Positions 28,623 to 37,058 of a DNA stretch of 64,000 nt are shown one piece after another. This DNA is from Ignavibacteriota bacterium. Its GTDB lineage: Bacteria; Bacteroidota; Ignavibacteria; UBA10030. The stretch lies in NCBI GenBank assembly GCA_003170475.1, contig PMZI01000026.1, positions 2,114 to 66,113 of the forward strand, in the 5' to 3' direction. The position numbers and the translations under genes are program-made. Every line of letters begins with the position of its first letter. The stretch's first letter is position 1. The notes below the pieces were generated by a model. It was given only the letters and a program-made list of their open reading frames with translations. It was not told the DNA's origin and did no database searches.

Positions 28623-29006
28623 TCACAAGGCCGGGGACGCATCGAAGATCTCTTTCTTCACTTTGGTGAAATCGATGGGCTTGGTGAAATAATGTTCGGC
28701 ACCGGTGCTCATCGCTGTGTTGTAGTTGTATTCATCCCCATAGGCGGTGATCATCGAAACCTTGATATGCGGAAATCGGTCCTTGACGATCTTCAGCAAT
28801 TCCAGCCCGGTCATTCCGGGCATGTTGATGTCAGAGAGAATGCAGACGACGTCAGGCGGATTGTGACTCTTCAGATAGTCCAGCGCTTCTGAACCTGAGA
28901 ATGCGTAGCACAATTCAACGATGCCCTGCTTAATCTCCTTGCGGAATTCCTGCCGAAAGAGAAACTCAACGTCCTTTTCGTCGTCGACGACCATAATCTT
29001 CATCAT
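28623..29006 (-). CDS. Single-domain response regulator (REC only)
   Basis: 127 aa, phospho-acceptor D in ILSDINMPGMTG. ATGA overlap with the upstream kinase stop. It is a close paralog of the REC domain of 27358-28533. Confidence 0.75.
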   Translation of the reverse strand: MMKIMVVDDEKDVEFLFRQEFRKEIKQGIVELCYAFSGSEALDYLKSHNPPDVVCILSDINMPGMTGLELLKIVKDRFPHIKVSMITAYGDEYNYNTAMSTGAEHYFTKPIDFTKVKKEIFDASPAL

Positions 29007-32000
29007 GCGACAACTCCTTTTCCGGAATCTTTCGGTATGACGATAACAAACTCGGTGAACTCTCCCGGTTGAGTGTTGACCGTTATTTCTCCTTTGTGCT
29101 CTTCCCGTATGATGTCGTAGGTGATCGAGAGCCCTAACCCTGTGCCGACACCGGCCGGTTTCGTGGTGAAAAATGGATTGAAGATTTTGTCGATGACTTC
29201 CTTTGGTATCCCGTTGCCGTTGTCGCGAATCCGGATTTCGACCTTGTTCCCGAGGCTCTTGGCGCTCACCTTGACTGTTGGACTGAACCCGTTCGTCGCT
29301 GAACGGCGTTTGTCATTCGCTGCATAGCACGCATTGTTGACGATGTTGAGGAACGCACGACTCAGATCCTGCGGTACGATGCTGACTTTGCCAATCGTGG
29401 GATCAAATTCGGTCTCGATCTTTACGTTGAACGACTGATCTTGTGCCCGCATGCCGTGATAGGCGAGATTCGTATATTCCGCGAGGAGGGCATTCAGATC
29501 GGTGTCCTGACGTTCGCCGGCCTTGCCCCTGGAATGGAGCAACATGCCGCGGACGATGCTATCCGCCCGCTTCCCATGCTCATCGATCTTTTGTACGTTC
29601 TGTTCGAGATTATCGAGGATCTCTGTGATCTCGATGGCTCGCTCCGGGTCGACACGATTCTTCTCATGAGCTAGCTCTTCACGAAGTTCATGGGCAAGTT
29701 CTTTGGAAAGCACGGCGAAGTTGGTGATGAAATTCAGCGGATTCTTGATCTCGTGAGCGATGCCAGCAGTCAATTGCCCCAGCGATGCCATCTTTTCGGA
29801 GAGCACAAGCTGGTGCTGGGCATCCTTGAGGTTCGTCAGAGTGTTTTGGAGCTCCTCTGTTCTCTTGTTCACGAGAGATTCGAGGTCTGCTTCCCTCTGT
29901 TTCAAACTATGGACCCGCCAGTAGTAGATGGAGGGACCGATTGTTAAGAAGAGAAGAATGGCGAGTGCAAGAAACCACTTCGTCTGGTAGAAATACGGCT
30001 TCAACTCGAAATCGAGAGAAGCTCCCTTTTCATTCCAAATCCCGTCGCTGTTTGCGGCAATGACTCGAAATGTGTAGTCGCCCGGTGAGACGTTTGTATA
30101 GTACGCTTCGCGCCTGCCGCCGGCATCAATCCAATCGGGGTCGGCTCCTTCAAGTTTGTACTTAAAGCGCACTTTGTCTCCGCCGATATAGCTCAGTCCG
30201 GCATAGTGGAATTCGAGCCGATTCGTTCCGGCAGAGAGTGTCACTGTCCCATTGAGATTCTTCGAAGATCCGTCGGCAAGAAGTCGCTCCACGACGACCG
30301 GAGGCGGTAACGGATTGAGCTTGATATCGAGAGGGTTCACGATCACAACGCCCTTCACGCTCGAGAAGGCGATTCGGCCGTCGCGCAGTCGGAACCCGGA
30401 GGGAGAGTACCCGCCGTTGCACTCCCGGCTTTCCATCCCGTCTGGTTCTCCGTACGATGTGCTGTGGACCATCTCTGACTTCCCGTCCGCGACATCATTG
30501 AGTTCCTTTTTGTTTACGCGGAAGACGCCTTTGTTGCACGACGACCAGATGTAACCCTGGCTGTCTTCAAACAGGACATAGCCGTTGAAGTCGAAAAGAC
30601 CCTGCTTCGGAGAGATCATGCTGAACCTTCCATCCTTGAACCGGGCAAAACCATTACTCGAAACCCCGAGCCAAACGATACCATCGTTGTCCTCGTAAAA
30701 CGATTGAACCCAGTTACCGACAAAGCCGTCTTCGGTGGAAACTTGCTTGAGCTTTCCGTCTTTGAACCAATACAAATGCTGGTTGGTGGCGACCCACAGG
30801 GTCCCTTTGCTGTCTTCCCAGATGTCCTGTATGAAGTTCGCGGGAGTGGCGACACTGTCCACACTGAAGAAGGGGGCGAACCTGCCGCCTCGTGCAATGA
30901 AGACGCGATTGTTCGACGAGACAACGAAAGCGCCGGATTTGAGCTTCGCCATTGCTTTGCCCTGAGGTTCCGGACCATTCGCGGTTTGCCGGGATTGCGT
31001 AGTGAATGTGCCATTCTTGAAGGAGGCCAGCCCGCGACTGGTTGAGACCCAGATAGTTCCCTCCTTGTCCTCTCTGAGAGAACGTATGTCGTTTGACGGC
31101 AGACCGTTCTTCGATGTATACGAAGTAACTGTGCCATCCTTGAAACGGTCCACACCTGCGGAGTTGGAGCCGATCCAGAGGGCGCCCTTGCTGTCTTCGA
31201 ACACTGGCTGCACGTTGTCGAAGGTCAACCCAGTGCGAGCGGAGTAGGTGATGAAGTTAGCGTTTCGGAATCTATCGATCCCGCCTCCGAAGGTACCCAA
31301 CCAGATGCTCCCTTCCCGATCAATGAGCATGGTTTGGACGACATTGTCAGACAAGCCATCATCTTGCCTGTAGCTTTCAAACTTGCCATTTGCATACCTC
31401 TTGATCCCTTTGCCCGTCACCAGCCACAAGCTTCCTTCACTGTCCTCACGAATCGAGTAGATGGTGTTTTCATCAGGATCAGAGGAAGCGTTCACCGTGA
31501 CAAATTTTCCGTTTTGGAATCGAGTCAATCCGCTTCCAGTGGCGAACCAAATGTCTCCCTTGGAGTCCTGGGTGATCTCATTAATAGAGAGGCTTGACAA
31601 TCCATCCTGTTTTGTGTAAAGCTTGCTCGAACTTCCGGAAACGGATAGAACGCCGCGCCGCGTCCGCATCCAGAGAGTACCGCTCCTGTCTTCAAAAATA
31701 TTGCTGAAATCACGCACCCTGAAGAATGCCGTATCAGGAAAAGCAGGAGTTCCTGTCAGAGTTTCGATCTTGCCATTGCTGAACCGCGCCAACCCCTTGG
31801 GAGTGCTCATCCAGAGGTTGTTCTTGCTGTCAAGACCAAGTGAATTGACGGTGTCGCTCGGGAGACCGTCCTTCACACTGTAATTCGAAAACTTTCCGCC
31901 TTTGAAATAGCTCAGGCCTCCGAATGTCCCAAACCAGATTCCTCCCTCTTTGTCCGCCGCCGCGGAGGTGGCGGTATTGCTCGGAAGTCCGTTCTTGGTT

Positions 32001-32407
32001 GTGAAATGTGTGAAGACTCCGTCTTGATATCGCGTTAAGCCGGGAGCAAATCCCTGAACTCTTATCCACAGAGCTCCGCTGCTGTCCGGAATCAAGCGCA
32101 AGAGCCAGGAATCAGGGAGTGCGTCCGTGTTGGCGCGATCGAAGACGGTGAACTTTACTCCGTCAAATCTGGCCAACCCTTCCTGTGTTGCAAACCAGAG
32201 ATATCCGTCTTTCGTCTGAACGATGTCGGAGGCGGAGTTTTGTGGGAAGCCATTTTGAGTCGTCCATCTGTCGTGCACATATTGCTTGATGGATTTCTTC
32301 TGTCCGAGGGAGTTGACCGTGAACAGGCTTGTGAGGAAAATGATCAACAAAACAGCTGATATCAGGGGTCTGGCTTGAACAGATGCTTCAGGTACTATTG
32401 GTGGCAT
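29003..32407 (-). CDS. Sensor histidine kinase with periplasmic two-component-regulator propeller (Y_Y_Y) domain
   Basis: Signal/TM. Many WF/WxGT beta-propeller repeats (DGYLWFATQEGL, GALWIGS...). A second TM segment. HisKA H-box (GIAHEIKNPLN) and HATPase N/G boxes (IVNNACYA, GTGLGLSITYDI). It has no receiver domain. Confidence 0.85.
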   Translation of the reverse strand: MPPIVPEASVQARPLISAVLLIIFLTSLFTVNSLGQKKSIKQYVHDRWTTQNGFPQNSASDIVQTKDGYLWFATQEGLARFDGVKFTVFDRANTDALPDSWLLRLIPDSSGALWIRVQGFAPGLTRYQDGVFTHFTTKNGLPSNTATSAAADKEGGIWFGTFGGLSYFKGGKFSNYSVKDGLPSDTVNSLGLDSKNNLWMSTPKGLARFSNGKIETLTGTPAFPDTAFFRVRDFSNIFEDRSGTLWMRTRRGVLSVSGSSSKLYTKQDGLSSLSINEITQDSKGDIWFATGSGLTRFQNGKFVTVNASSDPDENTIYSIREDSEGSLWLVTGKGIKRYANGKFESYRQDDGLSDNVVQTMLIDREGSIWLGTFGGGIDRFRNANFITYSARTGLTFDNVQPVFEDSKGALWIGSNSAGVDRFKDGTVTSYTSKNGLPSNDIRSLREDKEGTIWVSTSRGLASFKNGTFTTQSRQTANGPEPQGKAMAKLKSGAFVVSSNNRVFIARGGRFAPFFSVDSVATPANFIQDIWEDSKGTLWVATNQHLYWFKDGKLKQVSTEDGFVGNWVQSFYEDNDGIVWLGVSSNGFARFKDGRFSMISPKQGLFDFNGYVLFEDSQGYIWSSCNKGVFRVNKKELNDVADGKSEMVHSTSYGEPDGMESRECNGGYSPSGFRLRDGRIAFSSVKGVVIVNPLDIKLNPLPPPVVVERLLADGSSKNLNGTVTLSAGTNRLEFHYAGLSYIGGDKVRFKYKLEGADPDWIDAGGRREAYYTNVSPGDYTFRVIAANSDGIWNEKGASLDFELKPYFYQTKWFLALAILLFLTIGPSIYYWRVHSLKQREADLESLVNKRTEELQNTLTNLKDAQHQLVLSEKMASLGQLTAGIAHEIKNPLNFITNFAVLSKELAHELREELAHEKNRVDPERAIEITEILDNLEQNVQKIDEHGKRADSIVRGMLLHSRGKAGERQDTDLNALLAEYTNLAYHGMRAQDQSFNVKIETEFDPTIGKVSIVPQDLSRAFLNIVNNACYAANDKRRSATNGFSPTVKVSAKSLGNKVEIRIRDNGNGIPKEVIDKIFNPFFTTKPAGVGTGLGLSITYDIIREEHKGEITVNTQPGEFTEFVIVIPKDSGKGVVA

Positions 32408-32723
32408 GGGTACCGGTGCCCTTCAGGTAATGGCGTGAGAGAACAGAAAAGCTAATGAAGACAGAACAGACCGCATGCCAATTGCGTTCCCAGGAATGCG
32501 AATTTGAGGTTGATTGATAAGGGGATTGTGTGATTGGCCTCGTCCAAGGTTTTCCATAAGCAGAGCAGAAATAGTGGACGTTACTCGCGCAGCTCAGTCC
32601 CTCGACAAGATGATCTTTGCCGTCACACGGTGGCCACTCGAGGGCAGCATTTGCAATAATCTTCTATATTGATTGCATCCGCGTCGCACCACACTTCGTC
32701 GACACAAAACAGGGAGTTTCGGC

Positions 32724-34835
32724 ATGAAATCACTCTTCTTTACTAGTGCCATCGTGTGTCTTGTTTCGTTGATCGCAGCTCAAGAGCAAAGGAAGGAACC
32801 GGCAGGTATGAATCCATTCTTCGCAAAGTACAATACTCCGTTTGAGACTCCGCCCTTCAACCTGATCAAGAGTGAGCATTTCATTCCTGCTTTCCTCGAA
32901 GGAATAAAGTATCAGAAGATGGAGATTGATGCGATTGTCACCAACCCGGAACTGCCCACATTCAAGAACACCGTGGAGGTGATCGAACGAAGCGGGCTGG
33001 CCCTGGACAATGTCGGCAGCGTCTTCTATGGCCTTCAGGGTGCAAACACCAACGACGATCTTCAGAAGATCGCGAACGAAATTGCCCCCATCATGTCAAA
33101 GCACCATGACGACATCAATCTCAACGCGAAACTTTTTTGGCGCGTCAAGGCTGTTTACGAGCAACGCGAGAAGCTGGGATTGAATGCCGAACAGATGAAA
33201 CTGCTCGATGACATGTACAAGAACTTCGTGAGAGGCGGGGCGAATCTCTCTCTTGAGAAGAAGGAGCGATTTCGGAAGATCAATAAAGAGCTTTCTCTGC
33301 TGGGATTGAAGTTCGACGAGAATGTTCTGAAGGAGACAAACAATTTCAGGCTTGTCGTCGAGAAGAAGCAGGACCTCGAGGGTCTCCCTCAGAGCGTCAT
33401 CGACGGCGCGGCCGATGCTGCGAAAAAAGCCGGAATGGATGGGAAATGGGTCTTCACTGTGCAGAAACCCAGCATGATACCATTTCTTCAGTACGCGAAG
33501 AATCGTGCCTTGCGAGAGGTGCTCCTCAAGGCGTACATCACGCGGGGTGATCACAACAATGAATTTGACAACAAGGCCGTTGTTTCGAAGATCGCATCCT
33601 TGCGTGTCGAGCGAGCGAACCTCCTTGGGTACAAGACCCATGCTGATTATGTTGAAGAGAGAAATATGTCCAAGACTCCCGAGGCAGTTTATGAATTACT
33701 GAACAAGCTCTGGGAGCCTGCGCTGACGAATGCTATGAAAGAGCGAGATGCACTGCAGGAACTCGAGAAGAAAGAAGGAGGCACGTTCAAGCTGGAACCC
33801 TGGGACTGGTGGTACTATGCGGAGAAGGAGAGAAAAGCCAAATACGATCTCGATGAAAATGAACTGCGTCCCTACTTCCTCCTTGAAAATGTGAGGAAGG
33901 GAGCATTCGATGTCGCCTCGAAACTGTACGGACTTCAGTTTATCGAGCGGAAGGACATAGCAAAGTATGTCGATGACATGACAGCGTTTGAGGTGAAACG
34001 CAGCGACGGATCGCATCTCGGCATATTGTATACCGACTATTTCCCGAGGTCCGGCAAGCAGGCTGGTGCGTGGTGCGGTAGTTTCCGGGGCCAGGAGTGG
34101 CGTGATGGCATGATGGTGACGCCGCTGGTCTACAACGTCGGCAATTTCTCGAGACCGACGGGCGGTAAACCGGCCCTGCTCAGCCCGGAAGAGGTTGGAA
34201 CGCTTTTTCATGAATTCGGACATGCACTCAACGCCTTGCTCCAAAACCAAACGTATCGAAGCCTCAGCGTTCCCGGCGATTTTGTGGAGTTGCCGTCGCA
34301 AATTATGGAGAACTGGGCATTCGATCCCGAAGTTCTGCACATGTATGCACGGCACTACAAGACCGGAGAGATTATCCCCCAAGCCCTGATCGACAAGGTT
34401 TCGAAGAGCGAGAAATTCAACCAGGGGTTCATCACGGTCGAATATCTTGCAGCGTGCTTCCTTGATATGGATTGGCATTCGCTCACCTCACCGACACTTG
34501 TCGATGCAAACGAGCTTGAACAGAAATCACTCGACAAGATCAAGCTCATGCCCGAAATCGTGGTTCGCTATCGCAGCACTTTCTTCAAGCATATCTGGAG
34601 TGCGGGAGGAGGCTACGATGCAGGATATTACTATTATATCTGGGCAGCCGTTTTGGACGCGGATGCGTTTGAAGCGTTCAAAGAGAAAGGACTGTTCGAT
34701 CAGGCCACTGCCAAGGCGTTCATGGAACACGTGCTGGCCAAAGGGGCCACGGACGATGCGATGAAGCAATATGAGAAGTTCAGAGGGAAGAAGCCGTCGA
34801 TCGAACCGTTGTTGAAGAAACGTGGTCTGCTCTAG
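32724..34835 (+). CDS. dcp: M3 family peptidyl-dipeptidase (Dcp/oligopeptidase A-like), secreted
   Basis: Signal peptide after the trimmed start (RBS GGGAG). HEFGHALN zinc motif (HExxH) and a downstream E. 700 aa M3 architecture. Confidence 0.85.
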   Translation: MKSLFFTSAIVCLVSLIAAQEQRKEPAGMNPFFAKYNTPFETPPFNLIKSEHFIPAFLEGIKYQKMEIDAIVTNPELPTFKNTVEVIERSGLALDNVGSVFYGLQGANTNDDLQKIANEIAPIMSKHHDDINLNAKLFWRVKAVYEQREKLGLNAEQMKLLDDMYKNFVRGGANLSLEKKERFRKINKELSLLGLKFDENVLKETNNFRLVVEKKQDLEGLPQSVIDGAADAAKKAGMDGKWVFTVQKPSMIPFLQYAKNRALREVLLKAYITRGDHNNEFDNKAVVSKIASLRVERANLLGYKTHADYVEERNMSKTPEAVYELLNKLWEPALTNAMKERDALQELEKKEGGTFKLEPWDWWYYAEKERKAKYDLDENELRPYFLLENVRKGAFDVASKLYGLQFIERKDIAKYVDDMTAFEVKRSDGSHLGILYTDYFPRSGKQAGAWCGSFRGQEWRDGMMVTPLVYNVGNFSRPTGGKPALLSPEEVGTLFHEFGHALNALLQNQTYRSLSVPGDFVELPSQIMENWAFDPEVLHMYARHYKTGEIIPQALIDKVSKSEKFNQGFITVEYLAACFLDMDWHSLTSPTLVDANELEQKSLDKIKLMPEIVVRYRSTFFKHIWSAGGGYDAGYYYYIWAAVLDADAFEAFKEKGLFDQATAKAFMEHVLAKGATDDAMKQYEKFRGKKPSIEPLLKKRGLL

Positions 34836-34844
34836 AGAATTCAC

Positions 34845-34882
34845 TGAAGGTGCGGATTCGAATCCGCACCTTCAGGTTTTAC
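34845..34882. terminator. Bidirectional Rho-independent terminator (perfect 32-bp palindrome)
   Basis: CTGAAGGTGCGGATTC|GAATCCGCACCTTCAG followed by GTTTTA. It lies between the convergent dcp and M1 peptidase genes. Confidence 0.75.
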
Positions 34883-34897
34883 CTTCGCCGTTCGTTC

Positions 34898-36859
34898 TCA
34901 CTTCAACAAAACGATCTTCGTTGTTAATACTTTCTCGTCTCCTCGAACCAACACGAAATACACCCCGGAACTCAGGTTCGTGCCATTGATCGGAATCGAA
35001 TGCGATCCCGGATCGTACGTGGCATCCACGACTTCTGCGATACGCTGACCAGATACAGACACGAGTTCCACGGAAACGCGCATGCGCTTCGGTATCTCAA
35101 GTTGCAGCGTTGTCGTCGGGTTGAAGGGATTGGGATAGACGCCGATCGCAAATTCAGTCGGGACGTTTAGTTCGGCGACATTTGTCAATTGAGGCGTGCC
35201 CATCAGAATCCATCCGTCGGGATCAATTTGGTAAGATGTGTCGGCGGGAACGGTTGCCGTTCCGGTTCCATTCTGCATGTCCACGACCACGGTCTTGGTC
35301 CCGACCCTGACATCAACAGGAAACGGGAAGGGAAGGGCATTTGGTGTTGTCCACTGCAGGCTGAGAACCGTACCACTTTTGCTATATCGCAGCTTCGGAA
35401 GAGTCGGTTGCCGGAGATAGAGATTGAAGAACCAGTCGAGTTTCTTGCCTGTAGCCTGCTCTGCGATCTGAAGGTAATCGTTTGTCGTCGCCAGCCGGCA
35501 CTGTCGGCCATCAGTGACGGACTCCATCGCCGGATCAGGATAAGCGAATTTTCGGAACATCGAGAAAAACATCTGATCGCCAAGATAGTGGCGAAGCGTG
35601 TGAAGGATCCAGGCTCCTTTGTAGTACACGTCGTTGCTGGAGAACATTGCTGCTGCAGTCGTTGGTGCGTCCGGAGCGACAGGCTTCAAGTTCTGAATGG
35701 AGCCCTTCATGCCCGCCATATAGGTCTTGTATCGTGAGAAACCGGACATCCGTTCCACAAAAAGAGCTTCCATGTACGTTGCGAATCCCTCGTGAATCCA
35801 CACGTCGCTCCAGTCTTTCGCCGTCACGAGATTTCCCCACCACTCATGAGCAAGTTCATGCAGATGAATGTAGTCGAAGCCATATGAATTCAAGTTGAAG
35901 TTGTTTCCGTATGCGATGCAGGTCTGGTGCTCCATCCCGTAATACGGAGCGTCGACAAGGCAGTATTTTTCAGCTCTGAACGGAAAAGGACCGCACACCT
36001 CTTCGAAGAATCGCAGATCCTTGAGCCAGATTGACGAGTATTTCTTGGCAGAGTCAACATTGTACGGAAGAAACCAATACTCGCTCGGAATGGCCTGACC
36101 GGTGACGCTCTGGTAATCGATAGGGATACGTTGCAATGGTCCAAGATAGAAAGTCACACAATAATTGTTGATCGGCTCTGACACGTACCAATGAAATGTT
36201 TTCAGACTCCCATTATCACTCACGCCGAGCAATCGACCATTTGAGACGCAGGTGAGCGACGCCGGCACGGTGAAGTACAAGTCGACGGAATCGGGTTCAT
36301 CCGAGGGATGGTCCTTGCAGGGCCACCAGAGATCGGCTCCTCCTTCCTCGCATGCAACCCCGGCCCACACCTCTCCCGTTTTCGTATGTGTCCAGACGAA
36401 ACCGTCATCCCAGGGCGGATTCGCGGAAACCTTCGGCGTTCCCTTATAGGAAATCTCCACCAGGATCGAGTCGGACTTCTGCAGAACATAGGGCAGAGTA
36501 ATCCAGAGTCTCCCCGCCGGACGGCTGAAGAGAAGGGACTTGTTGAACTGCTGCTGGCCCTTCCAAATCACGGATTGAACGTTGAATGTCGAGCTCAGAT
36601 CCAGGACGAGCGTGCTCAGCGTATCCGTCGTGAGAGCTCGCATGAATGTGGTGCCGGTAATTGATTTTGCAGCAGTGTCGATGGTGAACATCAACCGATA
36701 GAAGAGGACATCGTAGGCAGCCTGTTCGCGGATGAGTGGACCTCCGGAATCCACCACCTTGCGCAGGTGCATCTCGGGATTGGGTTGTGCGGCAAGGCGT
36801 ATTGGTGAAAACGCGAGAGAGCATGCAAGGAACACGAAGAAACATCGGAAGGCAGCCAT
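34898..36859 (-). CDS. M1 family aminopeptidase with C-terminal T9SS sorting domain (Por secretion tail)
   Basis: Signal peptide. HELAHEWWGN-x18-E zinc site, GAMEN-like region and a C-terminal roughly 80 aa T9SS type-A CTD (GVYPNPFNP...VYFVLVRGDEKVLTTKIVLLK). Confidence 0.8.
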   Translation of the reverse strand: MAAFRCFFVFLACSLAFSPIRLAAQPNPEMHLRKVVDSGGPLIREQAAYDVLFYRLMFTIDTAAKSITGTTFMRALTTDTLSTLVLDLSSTFNVQSVIWKGQQQFNKSLLFSRPAGRLWITLPYVLQKSDSILVEISYKGTPKVSANPPWDDGFVWTHTKTGEVWAGVACEEGGADLWWPCKDHPSDEPDSVDLYFTVPASLTCVSNGRLLGVSDNGSLKTFHWYVSEPINNYCVTFYLGPLQRIPIDYQSVTGQAIPSEYWFLPYNVDSAKKYSSIWLKDLRFFEEVCGPFPFRAEKYCLVDAPYYGMEHQTCIAYGNNFNLNSYGFDYIHLHELAHEWWGNLVTAKDWSDVWIHEGFATYMEALFVERMSGFSRYKTYMAGMKGSIQNLKPVAPDAPTTAAAMFSSNDVYYKGAWILHTLRHYLGDQMFFSMFRKFAYPDPAMESVTDGRQCRLATTNDYLQIAEQATGKKLDWFFNLYLRQPTLPKLRYSKSGTVLSLQWTTPNALPFPFPVDVRVGTKTVVVDMQNGTGTATVPADTSYQIDPDGWILMGTPQLTNVAELNVPTEFAIGVYPNPFNPTTTLQLEIPKRMRVSVELVSVSGQRIAEVVDATYDPGSHSIPINGTNLSSGVYFVLVRGDEKVLTTKIVLLK

Positions 36860-37058
36860 GAATTCCTGATCCTTAGACAGTGATCATCCCTATGGTGTTC
36901 AATTCTATTGTATCCCATTCCCGACAAAGAAGCAACTGCTCCACAACATTGCGCCTCATCGCTGTTGCCTTTCTCTCCGAACTACAGTAGTTTTGAAAGG
37001 TTCATTCAGAGACTCAGCCCTTTCCCGCACCGATCGGCCAAACAACATCACATGGATC

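Noticed and set aside
36993-37058. 22-codon N-terminal extension of the acyl-CoA synthetase, and the overlapping 36908-37099 ORF in another frame.
   Set aside because: Canonical FadD-like N-termini begin near the conserved TxPxLxExS region, here MNISTPKTIPSLFEES. The upstream residues are hydrophilic junk-like, and the other-frame ORF has no support.
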